Source: Flavobacteriales bacterium TMED96 (GTDB lineage Bacteria > Bacteroidota > Bacteroidia > Flavobacteriales > Flavobacteriaceae). Taken from it: a stretch of DNA of 64,000 nt. Each line of letters starts with the position of its first letter. Within the stretch, counting starts at the first letter, position 1. This document shows, piece by piece, positions 20,855 through 29,776 of this stretch. The notes under the pieces are model-generated. The model was given only the letters and a program-made list of their open reading frames with translations, was not told the origin of the DNA and made no database searches. The stretch is from the NCBI GenBank assembly GCA_002171475.2, contig NHEX02000054.1, forward strand, positions 5,535 to 69,534, in the 5' to 3' direction. The position numbers and the translations under genes were made by a program.

Positions 20855-21556
20855 ATGAGGGGATATATAAAATGTTTATTAATTCTAACTTTTTTTAGTT
20901 GTTCAAATGATATAGGCAAAAACTTTACTGTTTCTGGTAGTGTAAAAGGATTGAGGAAAGGTAAATTGTATTTGCAAAAATATACTAACGACACAATACT
21001 AGTTAATATTGACTCATTAAAAGTTGAAGGTTTGGAAAATTTTGAATTCAATGACAGCTTGGGTGAAGCACAGTTTTACTATCTAGCGTTAAAAAAAGAT
21101 GAGACTGACACTGTTATACAAAAGATTCCATTTTTTGCAGAAAAAGGCGACATAAAAATTAATACAAGATTAAATACATTTTTAAGTAGTGCGAAAGTTG
21201 AGGGGTCAGAAAATCAAATACTTTGGGATGAATATTTGATGGTTATGAGGAAATTTAACAATCAGAATATAGAATTAGTCAAAGATTATTTAGAGAAAAA
21301 AGGTGAATTCGATTCTAAAAAAAGGGATGAGTTATTTGAAAAAAAGAATAGTTTGATAAACCGAAAAAAAGCACTTTTTTCTTTAAATTTTGCTATGAAT
21401 AATTCAGATAAAGAAATATCTGCATACATAGGACTCTATGAGCTAAATAACATATCAAAAAAATATTTAGATAGTCTATATTCCAAATTAAATAACGAAA
21501 TTAAGTATTCTTTTTATGGAAAAAAACTTAAAAAGAAGCTAGAAAGTTTCATTTAG
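20855..21556 (+). CDS. DUF4369-like lipoprotein
   Basis: The ORF opens at 20837. The ATG at 20855 gives MRGYIKCLLILTFFSC with a lipobox. The segment GKLYLQKY...LVNIDSLKVEG resembles the DUF4369 N-terminal domain found on thioredoxin-like lipoproteins, but no thioredoxin domain is present here. Confidence 0.45.
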   Translation: MRGYIKCLLILTFFSCSNDIGKNFTVSGSVKGLRKGKLYLQKYTNDTILVNIDSLKVEGLENFEFNDSLGEAQFYYLALKKDETDTVIQKIPFFAEKGDIKINTRLNTFLSSAKVEGSENQILWDEYLMVMRKFNNQNIELVKDYLEKKGEFDSKKRDELFEKKNSLINRKKALFSLNFAMNNSDKEISAYIGLYELNNISKKYLDSLYSKLNNEIKYSFYGKKLKKKLESFI

Positions 21557-21576
21557 AATTCGATTCCAGAAAAGAG

Positions 21577-22101
21577 TCAATTTAAGGTTTCAATATGACC
21601 CTTAACTCTATTAAAGATAATTTTAAACCACTCAGTATAAATATCTGGATTTTTGTCTAAGTCTTTTTCCAAAAAAGGTAATTTAACCCATTTCCAATCC
21701 TCAACTTCATTAATGTTGATATTTGGGCTGATATCAGTAAATCCTACTAAAACATGATCAAACTCATGTTCAATTAGTCCATTTTTTAGGTTAGCCTTAT
21801 ATATAAAGCTGAATGTTTCCTTTAAATCGACATTCATACCCATTTCTTCATTAAGACGTCTTTTAGCAGCATCTATTGTTCTTTCTCCATCTCTTTGATG
21901 ACTACAGCATGTGTTAGTCCATAATCCTGGAGAATGATACTTTTGACTAGATCTTTTTTGCATAAGTAGCATTCTAGATGAATTAAAAATGAAAATTGAA
22001 AATGCTCTATGCAAAACACCCTTTCTGTGAGCCTCCAATTTGGGCATGAGCCCTAATTGAACATCCTTTTTATCAACTAAAACAACTTTCTCTTTGTCCA
22101 T
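21577..22101 (-). CDS. idi: isopentenyl-diphosphate delta-isomerase, type 1 (Nudix)
   Basis: 174 aa, containing HRAFSIFIFN...LMQKRSSQKYHSPGLWTNTCCSHQRDGE and a Nudix-box-like EEMG. Confidence 0.85.
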   Translation of the reverse strand: MDKEKVVLVDKKDVQLGLMPKLEAHRKGVLHRAFSIFIFNSSRMLLMQKRSSQKYHSPGLWTNTCCSHQRDGERTIDAAKRRLNEEMGMNVDLKETFSFIYKANLKNGLIEHEFDHVLVGFTDISPNININEVEDWKWVKLPFLEKDLDKNPDIYTEWFKIIFNRVKGHIETLN

Positions 22102-22182
22102 ATCTCAAAACTACAAACTATTGAAATAAATCTTAAAAAGGTATGAAGTTAAAATTTTAAATTGATAACTGTATAAATTAAT

Positions 22183-22210
22183 AAAGGCCAGGAATCTATT
22201 CCTAGCCTTT
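22183..22210 (-). terminator. rho-independent terminator downstream of ompA
   Basis: AAAGGCCAGGA-ATCTAT-TCCTAGCCTTT forms an 11-bp stem with one C/A mismatch and a 6-nt loop. It is flanked by T/A-rich sequence and lies 26 nt after the ompA stop. Confidence 0.55.
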
Positions 22211-22235
22211 ATTAATTTATAATTAAACAATTAAG

Positions 22236-23570
22236 TTACTTAGCAGTAAATTCAACTCTCCTACTATTAGCACGACCTACAGAAGTAGTATTATCTCCTT
22301 TTGGTTTTGTCTCACCAAATGCTTCAACTTCAAGCCGAGAAGAATCAATACCTAACTCAACTAACTTGGCCTTAACAGCTTCAGCTCTTTTTCTCGAGAG
22401 TGTCATATTATAGTTAGAACCACCATCTTCTGATGCGTGTCCTTGTATCAGAACAACACCTTTAGGATTTTCCATCAGTATAACTTTTACTTGTTCAACT
22501 GCGTTCATAACTTTTGATCCCATTAACTTAAATCCGTCAGCAGGGAATAAAATATTAATTCCTGCTGTATTCAAAGCGTTTAAGACTTCATTATCCACTT
22601 TCGGACAACCATTATCACTCTCTCCAGCTTCATTAGGACATTCATCATCCTTGTCAGCTACTCCATCGCCATCTGAATCAGGCCAAGGGCAACCACTGTT
22701 ATCGGTTTCACCAGCTTGATCAGGACATTCGTCATCTTTGTCAGCTACTCCATCACCATCGGAATCCGGACAACCATTTAAATCCCCTGCAACATCAGGA
22801 CATTCGTCGTCTTTATCTAGAACACCATCTCCGTCAGTGTCAGGACATCCGTTATTTTCAGCTGGACCTGCCTCTTCAGGACAATCATCTTCTCCGTCTT
22901 GAATTCCGTCTCCATCTGTATCTGGACAACCTTCAAATTCTTTCAAACCAGGTACATCAGGACATTTGTCTTTTTTGTCACTAACACCATCTTTATCACT
23001 ATCACCACTTCCAAATCCATAGCTAACACCAAGAGAAACCAAACTATAACTAACTTCTGGATTTTCATTTATTTTTGCAAATTGAAATTCAGCAAAAGCA
23101 CCAAATTTTTCTCCTAAGGCTAAATCAAACCCTACAGCACCAAAATTTGAATAGTCTGTAAATTTTGAAAAACTATCAGTTCCATCTTTCAAAGATGTAG
23201 TTCCGTAAACTCCGGCTTTGAGATAAGGACTAAAAGAATTATCTGTTGAAAATCCATATTTTAGACCTACATGAGTACTATAAAAATCAAAGTCTTGACC
23301 TCCAGCGGCATCATTTTTTATTTTTCCAAGGGATAATTGTCCACCTAATGACAACCCTCCAACTATTCTCCTGTAAAGCATCAATGAAGGTGCTCCTAAA
23401 GAACCACTTAAATCGTTGGAAGAAATTGATGATCCTCTTGTAACGATATCATCTGAAATAGACGGCATAGTTAAACCAAGACTAATTTTCCAAGGATTAG
23501 AAGCATTTTGTGCGAAGACTCCTGCACTAAATAGGAGTACAATTGCGATGAGTATTTTATGTAATTTCAT
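22236..23570 (-). CDS. OmpA-family outer-membrane protein with thrombospondin type-3 repeats
   Basis: 444 aa. It has a signal peptide, a beta-barrel N-domain, five Dx(D/S)xDGxxDxxDxCP repeats, and a C-terminal OmpA peptidoglycan-binding domain ([12 protein letters not shown]...NSRRVEF). Confidence 0.88.
   Translation of the reverse strand: MKLHKILIAIVLLFSAGVFAQNASNPWKISLGLTMPSISDDIVTRGSSISSNDLSGSLGAPSLMLYRRIVGGLSLGGQLSLGKIKNDAAGGQDFDFYSTHVGLKYGFSTDNSFSPYLKAGVYGTTSLKDGTDSFSKFTDYSNFGAVGFDLALGEKFGAFAEFQFAKINENPEVSYSLVSLGVSYGFGSGDSDKDGVSDKKDKCPDVPGLKEFEGCPDTDGDGIQDGEDDCPEEAGPAENNGCPDTDGDGVLDKDDECPDVAGDLNGCPDSDGDGVADKDDECPDQAGETDNSGCPWPDSDGDGVADKDDECPNEAGESDNGCPKVDNEVLNALNTAGINILFPADGFKLMGSKVMNAVEQVKVILMENPKGVVLIQGHASEDGGSNYNMTLSRKRAEAVKAKLVELGIDSSRLEVEAFGETKPKGDNTTSVGRANSRRVEFTAK
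22605..23003 (-). repeat. in-frame thrombospondin type-3 calcium-binding repeats inside ompA (approximate bounds)
   Basis: The peptide repeat CPDxDGDGVxDKDDECP occurs five times. Two DNA copies of about 47 bp (starting at 22636 and 22723, 87 bp apart) differ at only about 5 positions. Confidence 0.7.
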
Positions 23571-23587
23571 ATTTTAAAATTTGTTAA

Positions 23588-23595
23588 CAAACATA
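23588..23595 (-). promoter_or_regulatory. candidate -7 promoter box (TATGTTTG) for ompA
   Basis: TATGTTTG on the minus strand lies 17 nt upstream of the ompA ATG and matches TAnnTTTG. There is no clean -33 TTG at the expected spacing. Confidence 0.4.
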
Positions 23596-23760
23596 GTTTC
23601 GTTTTGGAAATGATTATCATACTCGAAACTATCGTAAATATACAATATTTGAAATATTTCTCAAAATGATTTACATTAATTGAATATCACACATAGATTG
23701 TTATTAATTATGAATTAGAACTTTATAAATATTGACATCTAATTTTGTAATAATAAATAT

Positions 23761-23804
23761 GGGGTTCGAATTGAACAAAGTGACCCAGGGAGGATTCGAA
23801 CCCC
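23761..23804 (-). terminator. 11-bp hairpin pairing the tRNA-Arg T-arm with its 3' trailer (possible terminator or processing structure)
   Basis: GGGGTTCGAAT (inside the tRNA, plus-strand 23794-23804) is perfectly complementary to ATTCGAACCCC in the trailer (plus-strand 23761-23771). The loop is 22 nt and is followed by AUAUUUAUUAUU. Confidence 0.3.
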
Positions 23805-23854
23805 CAACCCTCAGAGCCGAAATCTGATATTCTATCCAGTTGAACTACTGGGCC
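23781..23854 (-). tRNA. tRNA-Arg (anticodon TCG)
   Basis: The manual cloverleaf is GGCCCAG-TA-GTTC-AACTGGATA-GAAT-A-TCAGA-TTTCGGC-TCTGA-GGGTT-GGGGG-TTCGAAT-CCTCC-CTGGGTC-A, 74 nt. It has U33 and G37, and CCA is not encoded. Confidence 0.9.
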
Positions 23855-23893
23855 TTAAACAAAAATATAATTTATTAAAATATATGCTTTAAT

Positions 23894-24346
23894 TTAATCT
23901 GAGAGTTTTTGTTTTACAATATTGGATACTGTTTTGCCATCGGCTCTACCCTCAATCATCTTAACAACTATCCCAATAACTTTGCCCATATCCTTTAGTC
24001 CGATTGATTTTGATTCTTTAATTACTTTTGAAACTATAGCTTCTATTTCTTGATTTGTTAATTGTTCAGGCAAAAAGGTAGATATGAAATCTGCTTGAGC
24101 TTCTTCTATTTGCGCTAGATCAGGTCGATTTTGATCAATATAAATTTTTGTGCTTTCTCTTCTCTGCTTAACAAGCTTTTGAAGAATTTTTATTTCATCT
24201 TCCTTAGTAACAGAATTATTTGAAGAAATGGAGCTTTGATGAAGAGTTAATGAAGTCTTGATAGCTCTTAAAGATTCTAATCTTAATTTATCTTTAATTA
24301 GCATGGCCTGTTTTAATTCAATATTAATTTTTTCAATTAGTAACAT
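23894..24346 (-). CDS. GatB/YqeY domain protein
   Basis: 150 aa. MLLIEKINIELKQAMLIKDKLRLESLRAIK is a typical YqeY N-terminus. It sits immediately downstream of ftsZ. Confidence 0.85.
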   Translation of the reverse strand: MLLIEKINIELKQAMLIKDKLRLESLRAIKTSLTLHQSSISSNNSVTKEDEIKILQKLVKQRRESTKIYIDQNRPDLAQIEEAQADFISTFLPEQLTNQEIEAIVSKVIKESKSIGLKDMGKVIGIVVKMIEGRADGKTVSNIVKQKLSD

Positions 24347-24357
24347 TTGAAATCAAT

Positions 24358-26409
24358 TTAATCAACATTATCGTGCAAAAATGAATTATTTGACCTTAAT
24401 TGAACTTCATCATTTTTATCTTTATCCAAAGTTAATGGAGATTTTTTATCATTTTCAATATTTTGATCAATATTATATCCAAGCCTTTTGTAGGCAGGCT
24501 GCTTATCCATCTCATTTATTCTTTTTATGCTATTTTGAAATGAATAATTAAACTTTTTAAGTTCTTCTTTAGAGGAACTATTCGAATTTTTAATTGTTTC
24601 CTCAATTGAGTTATCAAATGGAGTTTCATTTTTAATTTCAACCTCAATATTTTCTCCATTTGATGAGCCATCATCATTGATATTCTTAATTTTTATATTT
24701 AAATCATCTTCAACACTTTTTTCCAGTTCAAATTCCTCGCCAGTCATTTCCATTTCAGATCCTCCACCAGTCATTTCTATTTCAGATTCTCCACCGGTCA
24801 TTTCTATTTCAGATTCTCCACCAGTCATTTCTATTTCAGATTCTCTACCAGTCATTTCCACTTCAGATTCTCCACCAGTCATTTCCACTTCAGATTCTCC
24901 ACCAGTCATTTCCATTTCAGATTCTCCATCTGTCATTTCCATTTCAAAATTTTTATCGATGTTTTTATTGCCTACTTCTGGAGTGTTTGGCGTTTTAATG
25001 TCCATAGATTTAGGACTATTTGCTTCTATTTTTTTTGAATCATTAAAATCAAATTCAATTTGAGATGAATCAAAATCATTTATCTCCTGGAAATCAAAAA
25101 TTTCTGTTTTATCAACATCTTCTTCATTATCGTAATTATTTTCATTTTCGTTATCTATTTTATCCGAATTGAAACAAACCTGAGTTGATATCGTTTCGAT
25201 ATCTTTTATGTTTTGATTTGTTTGTATTAATTCTTGATTAAAAGAATCATCTTGACTTTCAAAACTTTTTTCATCATTATAAGGTGTGATTTTGGAATAC
25301 TTATGTTTTTGACTTTCAAATGAGTCTTTTTTAACATTTAAATCCTGAACAAATGACTGTTCCTCTTCAAGAGTGTGAATTATCTTTTTGGCTTCAATAT
25401 TTCCAATTTCATGTTGTTGGTCAGAATTGAATCCGGTTGCAATGATAGTTACTGAAATCCCTTGTTTAAGATTTTTGTCTTCACCAATACCCATGATAAT
25501 ATTGGTATTATTCCCAGCCTGCGATTGTATAAGATCATTTATTTCTCCAATTTCATCTATAGTTATTTCATCTTCTCCAGATACTATTAATAATAAAACA
25601 TTTTTACAACCTCCAATCTTATTGTCATTTAGCAGAGGGGAATCTAATGCTTTTACCACAGACTCCTCAGCCCTATTAGATCCCTCAGCAACTGCTGAAC
25701 CCATTATAGCTGTTCCACTGTTACTTAAAACTGTTTTGGCATCCTTCAAATCAATATTCTGTCTGTAATGATGAGTAATTACTTCGGCTATTCCTCTTGC
25801 AGCAGTTGCTAGTACCTCGTCAGCTTTTGCAAAACCTGCCTTAAAGCCTAAATTACCATAAACTTGTCTCAATTTATTGTTATTAATAACTATCAAAGAA
25901 TCAACATTATCTCTTAGAATCTCTATTCCAATTTGAGCTTGTTCAGACCTCATTCTCCCTTCAAACTGAAATGGGATGGTCACAATACCTACAGTCAAAA
26001 TATCAAGTTGTTTTGACATCTGAGCAATTATAGGAGCTGCACCAGTGCCGGTTCCTCCTCCCATTCCAGCAGTAATGAAGACCATTTTAGTTTGATTACT
26101 TAAAAGTACTTTGATTTCTTCCTCACTTTCTTTAGCAGCTAAGCTACCAATTTCAGGGTTTGCCCCTGCCCCAAGTCCTTCAGTTAGAGAAACTCCTAGC
26201 TGAATTTTAATTGGTACTGGGCTTTTTTCTAAAGCCTGAGAATCAGTATTACAGACAACAAAATCTACACCTGAAATTCCTTGTCTAAACATGTAATTTA
26301 TTGCATTTCCTCCACCTCCACCAACTCCAATAACTTTAATCACATTACTCCTGTTTTTTGGTAAATCAAAATTAAATCCTTCAACCATATTTTCTTTAAA
26401 TTCTTTCAT
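24358..26409 (-). CDS. ftsZ: cell division protein FtsZ with a long acidic, repeat-containing linker
   Basis: It has the tubulin signature GGGTGTGAAP and N-terminal IKVIGVGGGGGNAINYM, with a C-terminal conserved peptide ...NNSFLHDNVD. The ORF opens at 26466 inside ftsA. The ATG at 26409 (MKEFKENMVEGF) is the likely start, giving 683 aa. Confidence 0.95.
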   Translation of the reverse strand: MKEFKENMVEGFNFDLPKNRSNVIKVIGVGGGGGNAINYMFRQGISGVDFVVCNTDSQALEKSPVPIKIQLGVSLTEGLGAGANPEIGSLAAKESEEEIKVLLSNQTKMVFITAGMGGGTGTGAAPIIAQMSKQLDILTVGIVTIPFQFEGRMRSEQAQIGIEILRDNVDSLIVINNNKLRQVYGNLGFKAGFAKADEVLATAARGIAEVITHHYRQNIDLKDAKTVLSNSGTAIMGSAVAEGSNRAEESVVKALDSPLLNDNKIGGCKNVLLLIVSGEDEITIDEIGEINDLIQSQAGNNTNIIMGIGEDKNLKQGISVTIIATGFNSDQQHEIGNIEAKKIIHTLEEEQSFVQDLNVKKDSFESQKHKYSKITPYNDEKSFESQDDSFNQELIQTNQNIKDIETISTQVCFNSDKIDNENENNYDNEEDVDKTEIFDFQEINDFDSSQIEFDFNDSKKIEANSPKSMDIKTPNTPEVGNKNIDKNFEMEMTDGESEMEMTGGESEVEMTGGESEVEMTGRESEIEMTGGESEIEMTGGESEIEMTGGGSEMEMTGEEFELEKSVEDDLNIKIKNINDDGSSNGENIEVEIKNETPFDNSIEETIKNSNSSSKEELKKFNYSFQNSIKRINEMDKQPAYKRLGYNIDQNIENDKKSPLTLDKDKNDEVQLRSNNSFLHDNVD
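24741..24947. repeat. 27-bp tandem repeat, about 7.7 copies, in frame within the ftsZ linker
   Basis: The plus-strand unit CAGTCATTTC(C/T)A(T/C)TTCAGATTCTCCAC starts at 24741, 24768, 24795, 24822, 24849, 24876, 24903 and 24930. It encodes xEMTGGESE nonapeptides. Confidence 0.92.
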
Positions 26410-26419
26410 ATTTATGAGC

Positions 26420-27742
26420 TTATGCTTTGTCAAGAAACTCCTTAAACTTTTCAGTCCATCTCTCAAAAATAGTAGTCCTTTTTACATTCTCAGGATTAGA
26501 TATATCTTTAATAGATTTTTCTTGATTATCTTCTAAGGAATCATTCTCCACAACTAGTTGATTAGTGTCAAGGTTTTGATTAAGTGCCGTCATTAAAAGT
26601 CCAACCGCTGTAGAAAAAACAGGGCTTGTTTGATTATCTACAGAATCTCCTGCCAGATGTTCATTTGGATAACCTATTCTTGTATCCATTCCAGTTATGT
26701 ACTCTACTAACTGCTTTAAATGTTTTAGTTGACTTCCGCCACCGGTAATTACAATTCCAGCAATTAGTTTTTTCTTTTGTTCGTCATGACCATAGTTTTT
26801 GATTTCTAAAAACAACTGTTCAACTATTTCAACAATCCTTGCATTTATAATCTTAGAAAGTGTTTTCAAGGAAATCTCTTTTGGTTCATGACCTCGTAGT
26901 CCTGGTATTGAAACAATTTCCGTTTCTTTATTTTCTCCTGGCCAAGCTGAGCCAAATTTAATTTTTAATAACTCAGCTTGTTTTTGGATTATTGAACAAC
27001 CTTCTTTTATATCGTCAGTTATAACATTTCCCCCAAAAGGAATTACAGATGTGTGTCTTATTATTCCATCTTTAAAAATTGCAAGATCAGTAGTTCCTCC
27101 TCCTATATCAACTAAGGCAACTCCTGCTTCTTTTTCTTCTTCACTTAAAACTGCATCTGACGAAGCGATTGGTTCCAAAGTAATTCTTTCCATTTTTAAA
27201 TCAGCACTTTTTATACATCTTCCTATATTTTTTATTGAAGAAACTTGTCCAACAACGACATGAAAATTTGCCTCCAAACGGCCTCCATACATTCCAATTG
27301 GTTCCTTAATTTCTGCCTGTCCGTCTACCTTGAATTCTTGAGGTAAAACATGGATTATCTCTTCACCTGGAAGCATAACAAGTTTGTAGACTTGATTAAT
27401 TAATTTTTCTACATCATTTTCGTCTATGACTTCTTCTGGGTTTTTTCTTGTTATATAATCGCTGTGCTGAATGCTTCTTATGTGTTGACCAGCAATCCCA
27501 ACAACTACATTTTTAATTTCAGCTGAGGATTTTAATTCTGCTTCACTTACTGCCTCTTGAATTGATTGAATTGTTTGTGTTATATTATTAACTACTCCTC
27601 TATGAACACCAAGACTCTTAGATTTTCCAATTCCTATAATTTCAACCTTATTAAATTTGTTTTTTTGACCTACCATCGCAACAATTTTTGTTGTTCCAAT
27701 ATCTAAACCAACAGCAAATTTTTTATTTTCCATTTTGCTCAT
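26420..27742 (-). CDS. ftsA: cell division protein FtsA
   Basis: 440 aa actin-like ATPase, with motifs GLDIGTTKIVAMVG and DIGGGTTDLAIF. Confidence 0.95.
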   Translation of the reverse strand: MSKMENKKFAVGLDIGTTKIVAMVGQKNKFNKVEIIGIGKSKSLGVHRGVVNNITQTIQSIQEAVSEAELKSSAEIKNVVVGIAGQHIRSIQHSDYITRKNPEEVIDENDVEKLINQVYKLVMLPGEEIIHVLPQEFKVDGQAEIKEPIGMYGGRLEANFHVVVGQVSSIKNIGRCIKSADLKMERITLEPIASSDAVLSEEEKEAGVALVDIGGGTTDLAIFKDGIIRHTSVIPFGGNVITDDIKEGCSIIQKQAELLKIKFGSAWPGENKETEIVSIPGLRGHEPKEISLKTLSKIINARIVEIVEQLFLEIKNYGHDEQKKKLIAGIVITGGGSQLKHLKQLVEYITGMDTRIGYPNEHLAGDSVDNQTSPVFSTAVGLLMTALNQNLDTNQLVVENDSLEDNQEKSIKDISNPENVKRTTIFERWTEKFKEFLDKA

Positions 27743-28448
27743 AATCTAAAACTATTTGTTTATCAAATGTTAAATTAACTTTGTCTATTTTCAAAAAATC
27801 ATTAGTTTCTAAAAAACTATATAAGTATTTAAGTTTTTTTACCTTTTGTTCGTATTTCGTATTTTTTCCCCATATAACTTTAAATGGGAAAGAACGAAGG
27901 CCGAGAATATAACCATTGTTTGAACTTTTTAAATCTATCATCTCAACTTTAACTAGTGAATCTTTTCTAATTAATTTTATAAATTTTACTAAATCCATTA
28001 AATTTTCATCTGGTTGACCATAAAAAACAGGTACTCTAGCGGAATACTTTTTAGATAAAGGTACTTTGTGTCCAGAATTATCAATATAAAATTCTTTATC
28101 ATTATTAACTATTCTAATGATGGGATTTCTTTCCTCTAATTTGACATTTAAAATACCTTGTGGAGTCTTAAATAAATTAGCTTCGGCTATCATTGGATTA
28201 GATAAAAGTACATCTTCAAGTTCTTTCAAATCTACCATAGATTCTTTTAAGTAAAACGTGGTGTCCTCCCTTTGTATTAACAATTTATTAACCATTTGTG
28301 AGTCTAAAAACTTAGACTTTTCATCCTTGAAATTTATATTTACTCTAAGAATTTCTTTTTTGGAATTTCTTTTTTGGGAAAAAAATACAAGAAAAACAAA
28401 TATTATTAAAATTGAAAAAAAATAAATCATACTATATCTCATAATCAT
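27723..28448 (-). CDS. ftsQ: cell division protein FtsQ
   Basis: 241 aa with a single N-terminal TM segment and POTRA-like and FtsQ-type domains. It lies between murC and ftsA. Confidence 0.75.
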   Translation of the reverse strand: MIMRYSMIYFFSILIIFVFLVFFSQKRNSKKEILRVNINFKDEKSKFLDSQMVNKLLIQREDTTFYLKESMVDLKELEDVLLSNPMIAEANLFKTPQGILNVKLEERNPIIRIVNNDKEFYIDNSGHKVPLSKKYSARVPVFYGQPDENLMDLVKFIKLIRKDSLVKVEMIDLKSSNNGYILGLRSFPFKVIWGKNTKYEQKVKKLKYLYSFLETNDFLKIDKVNLTFDKQIVLDYEQNGK

Positions 28449-29776
28449 TTTAATTTTTTCTTTATTTGTTCAATTTCAATACCGATATCACCGGCACCTA
28501 AAATAACTTTTACTTTTTCTGGCGAGTTATTTATAACTGAAAGCAATTTTTTCTTTGTAACTAATTCAACTACATTTTTTGATTTAATTTTTCTCTGCAA
28601 CATAGAAGATTCGATTCCTTCAATAGGTGTTTCTCTTGCAGGATAAATTGGTAATAATATGACTCGATTGAATTGACTTAAAGATTCTGCAAACTCGTTC
28701 ATAAAATCTCTTGTCCTTGAATATAGATGAGGTTGAAATATTACACATTTTTTTTCATACGGGAAAAGATCTTCTAATGCATTCCAGACGGCATTTATTT
28801 CATTTGGATGATGTGCATAATCGTCAATTACTATATGTTTTTTAGAATTTACGATGACTTGAAACCTTCTTTTTATACCCTTAAAAGTTGAAAGTGCTTT
28901 ACATAATTCTTTTTCATTTATCCCAACTTGACTTGAGATTGCAAATGCTCCTATTGCATTTAACAAGTTATGTAGCCCAATTTGACTAAAAAAAACTGAT
29001 TTATAGGTATTTGATGGTGTATTCAAATCAAAAAAATAACCTTTTTTTGAAAAATTAATATTAGATGCTGAATAATCAGCTTTCTTATTTAAACTATATG
29101 TTATTCCATTTAATGCTAAATCCTTGTTTACTAAAACTTTATTAGTAATTTTTTTTAGGAATTTATTAAAGGACTTTCTTACTTCCTCAAAATTACCATA
29201 AACATCCAAGTGATCAGAATCTATTGAAGTGATAAGTCCTATTCTTGGGTTTAGATTTAAAAAGGATCTGTCATATTCGTCGGCTTCTACTATCGCATAC
29301 TTACTACCATTAATTACAATATTAGAGTTAAATTCATTTAAAACACCTCCTACAAAAGCTGTAAAAGATTGTCTTGTTTTGTAAAAAAGATGAGTAACTA
29401 TTGCAGCTGTTGTAGTTTTACCATGTGTTCCAGCAATAGCAATTGTTTCAAAATTTTTAGTTAAAAAACCTAAAATTTCTGCCCTTTTATAAATTGGATT
29501 TCCTTGATTTATAAAAAAATTTAGTAGTTTATTTTTTTTTGAAATTGCAGGAGTAAAAATAACAATTACATCTTCTTTCTTAAACAATGAAGGTACACAT
29601 TTTAAATCTTCGTTATAATTAATTTTCACTCCACTTTTTTCTAGATTTTTTGTTATTTCGGTTTTTGTTAAATCATATCCCCCAACTATAAAATTATTAG
29701 TGATTAAATATTTAGCGATTGATGACATCCCAATGCCTCCTATTCCAATAAAATAATAAGTGTCTCCTTTATCCAT
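28445..29776 (-). CDS. murC: UDP-N-acetylmuramate--L-alanine ligase
   Basis: 443 aa, containing FIGIGGIGMSSIA and the Mur ligase P-loop IAGTHGKTTT. Confidence 0.95.
   Translation of the reverse strand: MDKGDTYYFIGIGGIGMSSIAKYLITNNFIVGGYDLTKTEITKNLEKSGVKINYNEDLKCVPSLFKKEDVIVIFTPAISKKNKLLNFFINQGNPIYKRAEILGFLTKNFETIAIAGTHGKTTTAAIVTHLFYKTRQSFTAFVGGVLNEFNSNIVINGSKYAIVEADEYDRSFLNLNPRIGLITSIDSDHLDVYGNFEEVRKSFNKFLKKITNKVLVNKDLALNGITYSLNKKADYSASNINFSKKGYFFDLNTPSNTYKSVFFSQIGLHNLLNAIGAFAISSQVGINEKELCKALSTFKGIKRRFQVIVNSKKHIVIDDYAHHPNEINAVWNALEDLFPYEKKCVIFQPHLYSRTRDFMNEFAESLSQFNRVILLPIYPARETPIEGIESSMLQRKIKSKNVVELVTKKKLLSVINNSPEKVKVILGAGDIGIEIEQIKKKLK

Noticed and set aside
23755-23780. T-arm-like GGGGTTCGAAT next to tRNA-Arg as a possible att scar of an integrated element
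   Set aside because: The copy is inverted relative to the tRNA rather than a direct repeat. It is only 11 nt long. Both flanks are ordinary core genes (ompA, yqeY, ftsZ), with no integrase or foreign-looking DNA. It is reported instead as a hairpin.
24741-24947. Regularly spaced 27-bp repeats that might be a CRISPR array
   Set aside because: The repeats are directly abutting with no spacers, are in frame within ftsZ, and no cas genes are present.
24677-25063. 128-aa plus-strand ORF with striking SDSPPVISI repeats
   Set aside because: It is the antisense reading of the 27-bp tandem repeat inside ftsZ. ftsZ on the minus strand has unmistakable tubulin-family motifs across the whole region, so the repeat periodicity is inherited and not independent evidence of coding.
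26410-26466. N-terminal extensions of ORFs into the preceding gene (ftsZ, and similarly queA at 48433-48459, mlaE at 60576-60626, mlaF at 61307-61366, purK at 53964-54011)
   Set aside because: The family N-termini begin at internal ATGs located just after the upstream stop codon. The extensions are open frame only by chance.
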